Part shown: positions 55,211 through 64,000 of the stretch, piece by piece | Position numbering within the stretch: position 1 is the stretch's first letter | How the letters are laid out: each line of letters starts with the position of its first letter | Source of the DNA: a virus | DNA: 64,000 nucleotides | Strand: one strand, 5' to 3' | IMG/VR virus record: IMGVR_UViG_3300046665_000384 | Location: 1-64,000 of that record | Notes under the pieces: model-generated | Told to the model about the DNA's origin: nothing | Databases searched by the model: none | What the model saw: the letters and a program-made list of their open reading frames with translations, nothing else | Made by a program: the position numbers and the translations under genes

Positions 55211-55891
55211 TTACTCATTAACTGCCCTATCAGTTGATTCGAGTTGAAGCCGATCCCTGTTGCGAGCAGGTATCGGCTTTTGTTTTTCTACGTGTCCTTT
55301 GTTCGTTGCGACGGTTGCTGCAATCAGACCTTTCACTGCGAGACGGATATGCGTCAGCTCAACAGCGATGTCGAATCGCGCCAGCATCATATCTCGCGTG
55401 AACCCTTCCGGTCGAGGTGCGCGGCCGTCGAAAACCCTGTGGCACGGATCGCAACCATAAGCTGCGTCCGTGTCTTCGGCCTTCATGCCCGCGCCCGCAC
55501 CGTTGCGGTGACACAACACTGTTGTGTCAGTTCGGTAATTGCAACATGGGAATCTTAACGTACATTCCTCATCTTTTGCACTGGCACGAATCGGCGTCAT
55601 CTTCGGCCTCGAGGATTTGAGGCCACGTTTCCGCGCCGGAGCGGCCTTCTCGACCGGTCCCGTCTTCGCAATCTTGGGCTCGGCCGGCGCTTTCATCGAC
55701 GGCGGCTTTGTCTTCAGTGGCAGGCCGCGCGACAGCTGCGACGTGCCCCGACTCATGGGCTTCGTAGTGCGCAGCGACGACGTGCCGCGATTCATCTCCG
55801 TGCGGCGCATCGGGCTCGACGAGCGTGCCAGCTGGCCGCCCTGCGTGAGCCCGGTGCTGCGCTGCATCGGCGTGCGCTGCTTCAGCGTCAT
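55211..55891 (-). CDS. DUF1364-like nuclease-domain protein
   Basis: IRASAKDEECTLRFPCCNYRTDTTVLCH...G..MK..D..AAYGCDPCHRVFDGR. Confidence 0.8.
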   Translation of the reverse strand: MTLKQRTPMQRSTGLTQGGQLARSSSPMRRTEMNRGTSSLRTTKPMSRGTSQLSRGLPLKTKPPSMKAPAEPKIAKTGPVEKAAPARKRGLKSSRPKMTPIRASAKDEECTLRFPCCNYRTDTTVLCHRNGAGAGMKAEDTDAAYGCDPCHRVFDGRAPRPEGFTRDMMLARFDIAVELTHIRLAVKGLIAATVATNKGHVEKQKPIPARNRDRLQLESTDRAVNE

Positions 55892-56070
55892 CGACGGCCC
55901 CCGCTCAGGCGCTGGCCGACATGCCACTCGTTGCAGAACCTGCACAGGTAGGCATGCACCGGCCGATCCTTGCGACGTCCGCGTGCGGCTGCACGCTGGG
56001 CCGTCGCTCGGTCGAGCGGAACCTTACCGCCGCATTGTGCGGCCTGTTTTGATTCCGCCATTTCACTCAT
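55888..56070 (-). CDS. Small zinc-finger protein
   Basis: CGGK...AYLCRFCNEWHVG. Confidence 0.7.
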   Translation of the reverse strand: MSEMAESKQAAQCGGKVPLDRATAQRAAARGRRKDRPVHAYLCRFCNEWHVGQRLSGGRR

Positions 56071-56249
56071 GTATCACGCTCCTTTTCTGGTCTTGTTTTT
56101 GTAGCAATCAGCGCAGCATTCGTACTGCTGAAGCTGCCGTGCCGTCACCTGTTTGCCGCAGGCGCAGCGCTTGCGCTTGAGCTGGCAATTCATGCCCCAG
56201 CCCGGACCGACACCGCCGCCGGCCACCGGTGGCCATGCAACACGTCCCG

Positions 56250-56504
56250 TCATGCGCCGTCTCCGGTCAGGTCCATCCCCGGCGGATACTTGCGGGCGAG
56301 CCAGATTTGCCCTTTGCTGGTCAGCTCCACGGACACGCGCATCTCTTCCGACCCCATGACGCGGAAATAGCCACGGTTCACATAGTCCTGATACGGGCGG
56401 CCGAACTGTTGAAGGATGCCGTCGACCCGCATGCGCAGCACCAGCTGCTGCTCGTTGTGGTTGAGCGTTGCGGCAAAGTGCGCGATGGTGCAGCCGGGCT
56501 TCAT
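56250..56504 (-). CDS. KilAC (antirepressor C-terminal)-like small protein
   Basis: PYQDYVNRGYFRV...LTSKGQIWLARK. Confidence 0.65.
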   Translation of the reverse strand: MKPGCTIAHFAATLNHNEQQLVLRMRVDGILQQFGRPYQDYVNRGYFRVMGSEEMRVSVELTSKGQIWLARKYPPGMDLTGDGA

Positions 56505-57091
56505 GCGGCCTTCCTGTACACATCGGTATCAGCTTGCTGGCGGCGCTGAACTTCCACCACGGCCCAGATGATTTCCGCCTGCGTTGCAACTGCTATCTGT
56601 GCCTCGTGGATGTCGAGCCCGAGGTCGATTGCCTCCACGTCTCCCTTGTTATGCTCGACATCGAGCGACCACTTACCCGTCTCTTCCGCGCGCAGGTAGA
56701 CAGCAAAGGCGGCGTCAAGCGCATGTTGCAGGGCCTGCGCGTGCTCCTCGCCGAGGCCGCGCTCGGTCAGCACGAGCGACATATTCAGGGCCTGCACGAC
56801 ATCGCCGTAGTCGTTGATACTCGCGTTCCCGTCGCACAAGTTCTTGAAACCGATACGGCAGGCAATAGCAATCCCCTTGAGTTGCGTGTCGCTCATCGGC
56901 TCGGCCAGCCCAGCGCGACGCTTGGCCTGCTTGTTCGCCGCACTGATGATCTGGGCCTTGAGACTGTTTTTAATCCGGAGACCAGGCGCATCGAGATTGC
57001 GCTCCATCCGCGCGACCTTTTCGTCGAAGGTCTTGGGCGCTTTATATTTTTTATCGCGCTTGGCCGGGCTGGCGTGCTTACTGCGGCCCAT
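56501..57091 (-). CDS. Hypothetical phage protein
   Basis: Follows the cro-like gene; GGAG RBS. Confidence 0.65.
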   Translation of the reverse strand: MGRSKHASPAKRDKKYKAPKTFDEKVARMERNLDAPGLRIKNSLKAQIISAANKQAKRRAGLAEPMSDTQLKGIAIACRIGFKNLCDGNASINDYGDVVQALNMSLVLTERGLGEEHAQALQHALDAAFAVYLRAEETGKWSLDVEHNKGDVEAIDLGLDIHEAQIAVATQAEIIWAVVEVQRRQQADTDVYRKAA

Positions 57092-57308
57092 GCGCGGCTC
57101 CCTGCGCAAGCGTGGCACTGTGCTTGTCCATCAACCCCCGGATTCCGTCGACGAGCTGCGCCGAGGGGCGCGCCTTCTTCGGTTTGCTGCTCATGTGGTA
57201 GGCGATGTTCGGCTGCGAACATCCGCATTCTGCGGCGATGTCTGTCTGCCGCAGACCAGCCCGCCGCGTCAGCGCTTCGAGCGCTGCCTTTACATCCATG
57301 TCACTCAT
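57078..57308 (-). CDS. Cro-like HTH repressor
   Basis: GLRQTDIAAECGCSQPNIAYH; divergent from the cI-like gene. Confidence 0.8.
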   Translation of the reverse strand: MSDMDVKAALEALTRRAGLRQTDIAAECGCSQPNIAYHMSSKPKKARPSAQLVDGIRGLMDKHSATLAQGAAHGPQ

Positions 57309-57550
57309 GTCGATCCCTATAGAATTTATGTTGCCGGTGCGAAAACCCGCGTCCGATTATAAACATCTCGATAGGCGACGGGCAATACAGAATATTTTTT
57401 TTTATTACATTAAGGAAAATTAATAGACTCTCCTTTATTTCCAGTAACAGATCGTGTATAAATAGCGACATATCAGGTTCTTTATACAAGGTTAAAGAAC
57501 AACTAAACGTAGTTATGAGTTGCCAAAGCGCAACAAATCAAGGGGATCTA

Positions 57551-58207
57551 ATGAATCGAGTAGGTGAGCGCGTTCTTACAGTACGTAAGGAACGGGGGAT
57601 GAACCAAACAGAGTTGGCAACCCTCGCCGGCCTCACGCAGCCGACAATCTCGGCGCTGGAGCGCGGCGGCTCGACGACCAGCGGCAAGCTGGCATCGATA
57701 GCGGATGCCCTGAAGGTCAGTGCACTTTGGCTGGAGACGGGCATGGGCGAGCGCGACCTGCCGACCGTGGCGGACCCGAACGATGCGCAGGTGCATCTGG
57801 TCCCGCTGCTGGACTGTCGCGGCAGCTGCGGCAATGGCCGTGAATACTATGGCGACCCGGAGAATGCTCCCATTGCAGTGCCTGACCGCGTGCTCAAGCG
57901 CTACCACGTCCGACCGGAAAACTTGGTTGGCCTCTACGCTGACGGCGATTCGATGAACAGCTTCATCGTGCACGGCGATATGCTGTTCTTCGACACCACC
58001 GCGTCTGACCTGAAGGACGGCGGGATTTACCTGCTGGACACTCCGGACGGCCTGCGCGTGAAACGCGTGCACCGCCGCGCGGATGGCCGCGTCAGCCTGC
58101 GCAGCGACAACCCGGACAAGACCCGCTACCCGGACGAGGAGTACAGCGCCGAGGCCGCCGCTTTGCTCACGATCCGGGGCCGCTTCGTATTCCGCATGGG
58201 CGGATAA
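57551..58207 (+). CDS. cI: CI/LexA-family repressor (XRE HTH + S24 peptidase)
   Basis: GMNQTELATLAGLTQPTISALERG; SCGNG putative cleavage site, GDSM Ser, RVKR Lys. Confidence 0.9.
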   Translation: MNRVGERVLTVRKERGMNQTELATLAGLTQPTISALERGGSTTSGKLASIADALKVSALWLETGMGERDLPTVADPNDAQVHLVPLLDCRGSCGNGREYYGDPENAPIAVPDRVLKRYHVRPENLVGLYADGDSMNSFIVHGDMLFFDTTASDLKDGGIYLLDTPDGLRVKRVHRRADGRVSLRSDNPDKTRYPDEEYSAEAAALLTIRGRFVFRMGG

Positions 58208-58230
58208 AACTTAGTTTTCCCATCCCCTCT

Positions 58231-58255
58231 AAACCTGCTTCGGCAGGTTTTTTTT
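58231..58255 (+). terminator. Intrinsic terminator
   Basis: AACCTGC-TTCG-GCAGGTT-T tract. Confidence 0.85.
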
Positions 58256-58382
58256 CGTCTATACGGGGCGAATTCTCACCAATTCTAACGAACAGACACA
58301 AATTTCACACGAAAGCAATAGCAAAATCGCAATGTGGTGTTTTTGCCGTATGCGCAATTATAGGCGCCGGTTGTCTTTTCAC

Positions 58383-58432
58383 AAAAAAATATAGAAGTAC
58401 CTATTGCACATCAATATTTCCATCTCTATACT
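58383..58432 (+). promoter_or_regulatory. pL-like promoter TTGCAC-N17-TATACT with ATAG-N6-CTAT operator
   Basis: Twin of 27211-27260; drives the recombination operon. Confidence 0.75.
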
Positions 58433-58569
58433 TTAACGCGTTGCAGTCGATAAATTTCATCGGCCAACCGCGAACCTGAACGCGCACAGGTCGACTTGGA
58501 TGTCCGTCAAATTCCACCAGTAACGCCGGGGCTGGCTCTTGAGCCCGGCATGTCCTGACGAGGGATCAC

Positions 58570-58713
58570 ATGCTTTCCTTTCAAGTCACCGTGCGCACCG
58601 GCAACGGCGAACCGTACCGGTTCTCGGCCATCGGCGCTACTGCTGGCGCGGTCTATGAAGCCGCCGCCGCCCGCTTCGGCTGGCTGTGCGCCGTTCTGGT
58701 TCGCCCAGCCTGA
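58570..58713 (+). CDS. 47-aa peptide
   Basis: GAGGGA RBS. Confidence 0.55.
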   Translation: MLSFQVTVRTGNGEPYRFSAIGATAGAVYEAAAARFGWLCAVLVRPA

Positions 58714-58716
58714 CCT

Positions 58717-58872
58717 ATGAGCACGACCGTACAGGCCCGCAGCCTCTTCCCGACTGACCGCCGCACGGCAGCAAAGTGGGTTTTGGCCCGTCGCTACCTC
58801 GCGCGCCGCAATCTCGCCCCGTACAAGGGGATGCCGATGGCGGCTCGCATCGTTCAACCGCGCGCCCAATAA
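58717..58872 (+). CDS. 51-aa basic peptide
   Basis: Starts 3 nt after the upstream stop. Confidence 0.5.
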   Translation: MSTTVQARSLFPTDRRTAAKWVLARRYLARRNLAPYKGMPMAARIVQPRAQ

Positions 58873-58894
58873 GCGCGCTCAACTGGAGAAGTCC

Positions 58895-60205
58895 ATGGGT
58901 GACAATTCGCCAGCCGCATTGGCTCAACTCGCCGCCACGCAAGATGCTGCGCTGGTAACGATGGGGTTCGGCAACCTCAAGTCGTTTGAATTCACGTATC
59001 GCACCGCGACGATGTTCTCGCAGTCCACGATGGTCCCGGTGGACTATCAGGCGCAGACCCTGAAGGGCTACGGCCAGAACGCGAACTGGGTCCAGAACCC
59101 GGCCGCCATCTCGAACTGCATGATCGCGCTGGACATGGCGCACCGCATGAACATGCACCCGCTGCTGGTCATGCAAAACCTGCACGTCATCGAGGGCCGG
59201 CCGAGCTGGTCGAGCCCGTTCATCATCGCCGTCATCAACAGCTGCGGAGAATTCTCCAAGCTGCGCTTCGATCTGCAATGGTTCGACGGCGAGGTCGATG
59301 TCGAATACACCGTCTACGAATGGCAGCGCCCGGTCGGCGGCGACCGCGAGCGCACCGCAGTCAAGAAAACGGCGCGCATCCGCAACGCGAAGTGCATTGC
59401 GTGGGCCATTGAAAAAGAAACCGGCGAGCGGGTCGAGTCCGCACCGATCACGCTCGAAATGGCCGTGAAAGAAGGCTGGTACACGAAGAACGGCAGCAAG
59501 TGGCCGACCATGCCCGAGACGATGCTGCGCTACCGCTCGGCCGCGAACTTTGGCAAGGTCTACGTCCCTGAGCTGTTGATGGGCCTCCCCTCGGTCGAGG
59601 AGACGAAGGATGTGATCGACGTGGAGCGCCAGCCGGACGGCACCTACGCGGTGCCGCCGGCAGCGTCAGCCCCGGCCCCGGAGGCCGAGCCGGTGATGCC
59701 GCGCCCGCCGCGCGCTCGTGCTGCTGCGCCAGCTGCGGAGCCGGCCGCGCCGGCAGCTGCTGCGCCGGAACCTGCCCCCGCCGCTGCTGCCGCGCCGGAA
59801 GCGGCAGCGCCCACGCCGGCCGTCATTGAGGTGGCCACGGCCGAGGCCGTAACTGGCGAAGACCCGCCCTCCGATCTGTTCGCCGGCATGGACGGCAGCG
59901 CCGAACCGGCGCAGGCCGAGCAGCCCGCAGCGGAAGCCCCGGCCCCGGAAAAGGTCACGACGCCAGCCGTGACGCCTGAACCAGCCGTCACCGAGGCCGC
60001 CGTCGACAAGAAGAAGTCCAAGCGTAATCCGCTGTCGACGGCAAAGATCAAGTTCGTCAACGACCAGCTGGCCAAGGGGGAAAACGGCCTGACGCTGGCC
60101 CGGTTCGAGGCCGCCTACGGCATCAAGCCCGAGGGGCTGAGCGATGTCCAGTTCAAGAACGTTCTGGCGTGGCTGAAAGACCCGTCCATCGAAGCGGAGA
60201 AGTGA
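58895..60205 (+). CDS. RecT/Red-beta-like single-strand annealing protein
   Basis: NCMIALDMAHRM...MQNLHVIEGRPSW...MA..EGW..KNGSKW.TMPETMLRYRSA. Confidence 0.75.
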   Translation: MGDNSPAALAQLAATQDAALVTMGFGNLKSFEFTYRTATMFSQSTMVPVDYQAQTLKGYGQNANWVQNPAAISNCMIALDMAHRMNMHPLLVMQNLHVIEGRPSWSSPFIIAVINSCGEFSKLRFDLQWFDGEVDVEYTVYEWQRPVGGDRERTAVKKTARIRNAKCIAWAIEKETGERVESAPITLEMAVKEGWYTKNGSKWPTMPETMLRYRSAANFGKVYVPELLMGLPSVEETKDVIDVERQPDGTYAVPPAASAPAPEAEPVMPRPPRARAAAPAAEPAAPAAAAPEPAPAAAAAPEAAAPTPAVIEVATAEAVTGEDPPSDLFAGMDGSAEPAQAEQPAAEAPAPEKVTTPAVTPEPAVTEAAVDKKKSKRNPLSTAKIKFVNDQLAKGENGLTLARFEAAYGIKPEGLSDVQFKNVLAWLKDPSIEAEK

Positions 60206-60783
60206 TGCTTACGTTTGACGAAGCCAAGCACGAGTACCGCTACGACGGCGTAGTGATTCCGGGTGTGACGACGATCCTCAAGCCGCTGATCGACTACTCG
60301 CACGTCCCGGCCGACCGGCTCGCCGCCGCATCCCGGCTGGGCACGATGGTCCACAAGACCACGGAGCTATACGACGAGGGCGTGCTCGACGAGGACGATC
60401 TGGACCCGATCCTCGTGCCATATCTGGAAGGCTGGAAGCGGTTCCGCCGCGAGGTGGAATTCGTGCCCGACACCATCGAGCAGCGCCTGTACCACCCGGA
60501 ACTCCGGTACTGCGGCACCTCCGACCGGACGGGTCGCGTGCGGGGCTACAAGTCCGTCGTGGACATCAAAAAAATGATGACGCTCGGCCCGGTCATCGGC
60601 GTTCAGACCGCCGCATACATGGAAGCGCACAACCGGCACGGCGCGGGCATCGAGAAGCGGTACGCACTGGGCCTGCGCCCGGACGGCACGTACAGGCTTC
60701 AGGAATTCACCGACCCGACCGACTTTCCCTGCTTCGTGTCGCTTCTGACAACGTACAACTGGAGATTGAAACATGGCACGTAA
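60205..60783 (+). CDS. PD-(D/E)xK exonuclease
   Basis: FDEAKHEY...GVTTIL...GTMVH...E..LY...YCGTSDR...VVDIK...QTAAY. Confidence 0.85.
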   Translation: MLTFDEAKHEYRYDGVVIPGVTTILKPLIDYSHVPADRLAAASRLGTMVHKTTELYDEGVLDEDDLDPILVPYLEGWKRFRREVEFVPDTIEQRLYHPELRYCGTSDRTGRVRGYKSVVDIKKMMTLGPVIGVQTAAYMEAHNRHGAGIEKRYALGLRPDGTYRLQEFTDPTDFPCFVSLLTTYNWRLKHGT

Positions 60784-61600
60784 AAAGCCTGCCGAGCAGG
60801 CGCAAGATGCCGGCGCGGTCGCGACCCTGCCAGCGAATGCCCCCAAGGGGGCGGACCTGAACGCCGAGGTAGACGAAGCGCTCGATGCACTGGTCGTCGA
60901 GAACATCGACTGTCCGATGATGTACGAACTGGCGGCCGCCGAACTCATCGACCTGCGCGAGATGTATAAACGATTGGAGGAAAAGCGCTTTGCGATCACC
61001 CGCCCGATGGACGCGGCCAAGCAGCTCGTTCTGGACCTGTTCAAGCCCGCGCTGGCTCGCATTGACGCGAGGGTGCAGACCCTGAAGGCCGGCATGCTGG
61101 GCTACGAACAGTCGGAAAAGCGCAAGGCCGCCGCCAAGCAGGCCCTGCTCGACAAGATCGCGCTCGACCAGCGCGCGGCACTCGCCGCCGAGCAGGCGAA
61201 GCAAGCCGAGGAGGCTCGTTTGCAGAGCGAGCGCGCCGCGCAGCTCATGTCGGCCGGCGGTGACAGCACCGCCATCGCCGAGGCGCTTGACCAAGCCGAA
61301 CAGGCTCAGGAAATGGCGTCCGCGCTCCAGCAGACCACGATGGTTGTCAGCGCCGCCACGGCAGCGACCAACGTGCCAACGGTCGCGGGCGTCGTCTCCG
61401 CCGACGTGTGGAAGGCTCGCGTCACCGACATGGCCGCCCTCCTCCGCTTCATCGCCGACCACCCGGAACACCACGAGTGGATCGACCTCAAGATGTCCGG
61501 CCTGCACGAGCTGGCCAAGTCCCAGCGCACGGCCATGCGCATTCCGGGCGTCGAACCGTACGAAGAACAAACCATCGCCGCGCGCCGCCGGGCCGCATAA
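60773..61600 (+). CDS. Coiled-coil protein of the recombination operon
   Basis: [12 protein letters not shown]...LF; ends IPGVEPYEE. Confidence 0.65.
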   Translation: MARKKPAEQAQDAGAVATLPANAPKGADLNAEVDEALDALVVENIDCPMMYELAAAELIDLREMYKRLEEKRFAITRPMDAAKQLVLDLFKPALARIDARVQTLKAGMLGYEQSEKRKAAAKQALLDKIALDQRAALAAEQAKQAEEARLQSERAAQLMSAGGDSTAIAEALDQAEQAQEMASALQQTTMVVSAATAATNVPTVAGVVSADVWKARVTDMAALLRFIADHPEHHEWIDLKMSGLHELAKSQRTAMRIPGVEPYEEQTIAARRRAA

Positions 61601-61647
61601 CCACCCGCGCCGCGAAGGCGGCCACTACTTATAAGAGAGCCAACCCC

Positions 61648-62910
61648 ATGTGGATTAATAACGCGCAGGTCTACCGCCTGCCCAAACGCTACGCCCTGAC
61701 CTCTGCCCAGCTGATCGAAGCGCTCACGCCCCAGACGTTTGCCCCCTGCTCCAGCAACGAAGCCGAGCGCGCCGGCTGGGTACCGCCCCGTCCGGGCGGC
61801 GAACTGGTGCACGTCGTCCACGGCCAGATGATCCTCAAGCTGTGCGTGCAGAAAAAAGTCCTGCCGGGCGCGGTCGTGAACAAGGAGCTGAGGGCACGGT
61901 GCGCTCAGCTGGAAGAACAGCAGGGTTTCCCGCCCGGCAAAAAGGCGACCAAGGAACTGAAGGAGCGCGTCACCGACGAGCTGCTGGCGAAGGCGTTCGC
62001 GAAGGACGATTTCACGATGGTGTGGATTGACTGCACCAACGGCTGGCTGGTGATTGACGCGGCCAGCGCCACCAAGGCCGACGCGGTGATCAAGCTGCTG
62101 CTCAAGGCGGTCGACCGGATGCCGCTCGAATCGCTGCGCGTGCAAAAGTCGCCGGTCGCGGTGATGACGGGCTGGCTGGAGTCCGACGAGGCCCCGCATG
62201 GCTTTACCGTGGATCAGGATGTGACGTTGCGCGCAAGCGGGACGAGCGACGCCACGGTGACGTACAAGCGCCACAGCTTGGACCCCGAAGACATGCGCCG
62301 CCACATCGCCAACGGCAAGCAGTGCGTACGCCTCGCCCTGACGTGGAACAGCCGCGTGTCGTTCGTGCTCGACGAATCGCTGGCCGTCAAGCGCATCCAG
62401 CCGCTGGACGTGATCAAGGAAAACACGGCCGTCACCTACAGCGACGACGAGCGTTACGACAACGACATCATGCTCATGACCGGCGAGATGGCCAAGCTGC
62501 TCGATGGCCTCGTGGAAGCGCTGGGCGGGTTCGCCGTCGACGGCGTGGATGTCGGCCAGCAGTCCGCGCTGCCCTCCTCCGCGCACGAGGCCGCGCGCCA
62601 GCTGCACCAGACCGTTGCGCAGGCCGGCGCTACCGCCACCCTGACCTTCGGAAATCGTTCCGTGACGTTTGGCGCGCAGGACGGTGAGAACGAGCAGGAC
62701 GATGACGCCCTGTATGAGCAGGCTGTCGCCGTGGTGCGCGCCAACCAACGCGCATCCATCTCGCTCGTACAGCGCCACCTGCGCATCGGCTACAACCGCG
62801 CCGCGCGCCTGCTGGAAGAGATGGAGCGCAAGGGCGTCGTGAGCCCGATGGAGAGCAACGGCAACCGCACCCTGCTCCAGACCACCAATGACCAATCGGA
62901 GGCCGCATAA
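61648..62910 (+). CDS. rdgC: RdgC fused to a C-terminal FtsK gamma domain
   Basis: RdgC motifs ([28 protein letters not shown]...SFVL); [29 protein letters not shown]...NGNR. Confidence 0.9.
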   Translation: MWINNAQVYRLPKRYALTSAQLIEALTPQTFAPCSSNEAERAGWVPPRPGGELVHVVHGQMILKLCVQKKVLPGAVVNKELRARCAQLEEQQGFPPGKKATKELKERVTDELLAKAFAKDDFTMVWIDCTNGWLVIDAASATKADAVIKLLLKAVDRMPLESLRVQKSPVAVMTGWLESDEAPHGFTVDQDVTLRASGTSDATVTYKRHSLDPEDMRRHIANGKQCVRLALTWNSRVSFVLDESLAVKRIQPLDVIKENTAVTYSDDERYDNDIMLMTGEMAKLLDGLVEALGGFAVDGVDVGQQSALPSSAHEAARQLHQTVAQAGATATLTFGNRSVTFGAQDGENEQDDDALYEQAVAVVRANQRASISLVQRHLRIGYNRAARLLEEMERKGVVSPMESNGNRTLLQTTNDQSEAA

Positions 62911-63878
62911 TGACCCCGCCGAAATATGCCTCCCTGAAGGTAGCTGCCGAGAGCAAGATCGAGGGCGTGAAGAAGGAGACCATTTTTCAGGTCGACCCGT
63001 TTATCGTCGAAGTTGAGCCGGGCTTCAATCGCCCCCTCAGCCGTGACCACATCGAATCGATCAAGATGTCGTTGCGTAGCGGCGCGGAACTGGACCCGAT
63101 CTGGGTCCGCGTTCACCGGACCGCCGATACCAGCCGCATCGTCATGGTGGACGGTGAACATCGGCTCTGGGCAGTCCGCGAACTGGTCGAAGATTTCCGT
63201 GCCGGACGGGAAGGCGGGCGCGAAATCCCGCTCATGTCGGCCAAAGAGTTCAAGGGCAGCGACGCCGACCGGATCGCGCACCTGCTGACCAGCGCGCAGG
63301 GCCTGTCCATCGCCCCGCTCGACCTCGGCATCCAGTACAAGCGTCTGCTGAGCCTGCACTGGACTCGCCAGCAGATTGCGGAACGCGTGGGCAAGTCGAT
63401 CACGCACGTCGACGAGTGCATCATGCTGGCTGAGGCGAATACTGACGTGCAGCAGGCTGTGCGTAAGGACGAGGTGTCCGCGTCCCTTGCTGCGGAGATT
63501 CTTCGCGAGCATGGGGACGATGCCGGCAAGGTGATCCAGCAGGAACTGGTGAAGGCCAAGAGCAGTGGCAAGAGCAAGGTTACGCGCGCTGGCATGAAGG
63601 GCCGTGCCATGCCCCGCAAATTAACCGAACGCGTCACGGAATCTTTTGGCGTGTTCGCGGAGCGGATCACCCTGCCGCCATCGCTGCCCGATCTGTCGAA
63701 TCTGCCACCGGAGACCGAGGTAGAGGTGCAGGTCAAAATCCCGGCATCCATGCTGGCGGAGCTGAAGGCGGCGCATGAGGAATTGCTCAAGCACCGTGCG
63801 AAGGCCGCCGCACAGCAGGAACGGAATGAGCCCGCCCCTGAAGCTGGCAATGCCGACGATAACAAGGCCGGCGAGTAA
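62910..63878 (+). CDS. ParB/Srx-like protein with HTH
   Basis: GFNR...MVDGEHRLWA...WTRQQIAERVGKS. Confidence 0.8.
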   Translation: MTPPKYASLKVAAESKIEGVKKETIFQVDPFIVEVEPGFNRPLSRDHIESIKMSLRSGAELDPIWVRVHRTADTSRIVMVDGEHRLWAVRELVEDFRAGREGGREIPLMSAKEFKGSDADRIAHLLTSAQGLSIAPLDLGIQYKRLLSLHWTRQQIAERVGKSITHVDECIMLAEANTDVQQAVRKDEVSASLAAEILREHGDDAGKVIQQELVKAKSSGKSKVTRAGMKGRAMPRKLTERVTESFGVFAERITLPPSLPDLSNLPPETEVEVQVKIPASMLAELKAAHEELLKHRAKAAAQQERNEPAPEAGNADDNKAGE

Positions 63879-63896
63879 CGGCCCTTGGGGACGCTC

Positions 63897-64000
63897 ATGC
63901 AACTGTCCTTCTTTGACGAGCCCGACCAACCGCCCGTGCCGCCGGCTACGGGGACCGCCCCAACGATTGTAGCCACGCCTTATGGTCGCTGTTCGGCATG
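63897..64000 (+). CDS. Start of a CDS truncated by the window edge
   Basis: MQLSFFDEPD..., open to the end of the window. Confidence 0.4.
   Translation, partial: MQLSFFDEPDQPPVPPATGTAPTIVATPYGRCSA

Noticed and set aside
1251-63976. Long antisense ORFs (for example 1251..3215+, 3212..5320+, 46727..49186+, 61306..62895-)
   Set aside because: Shadow frames of real genes in high-GC DNA; no recognisable motifs.

Overview
High-GC window that looks entirely like temperate phage or phage-plasmid DNA; no host genes or prophage junction are visible, and a betaproteobacterial host (possibly Oxalobacteraceae) is an inference. It is a mosaic of three parts. (i) A distantly P1-like late programme on the minus strand: DarA- and DdrB-like capsid-internal proteins, Pro-like head protease, PmgA/BplA-like baseplate, four paralogous tail fibre/spike genes and a PacA/PacB-like terminase. 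(ii) A lambdoid control and replication core: CI/Cro pair, O-like initiator with internal iterons, P-like gene, RecT-like annealase, exonuclease, RdgC and a ParB-like protein. (iii) Plus-strand islands of small accessory genes. The intergenic DNA holds three recurrent regulatory codes: seven late-type promoters (AGGAAAR-N29-[-10]), six sigma70 promoters sharing one operator, and ATAG-N6-CTAT boxes. The best candidate for a new system is a dif-like XerCD site (39430-39457) flanked by a promoter-less copy of the phage operator and an IHF consensus, in a genome that also encodes an RdgC-FtsK-gamma fusion. Also notable are a roughly 320-nt structured ncRNA candidate with tRNA-like T-loops and a QueF-like plus TGT/DpdA-like gene pair. 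All family calls come from motif recognition by eye, not from database searches.
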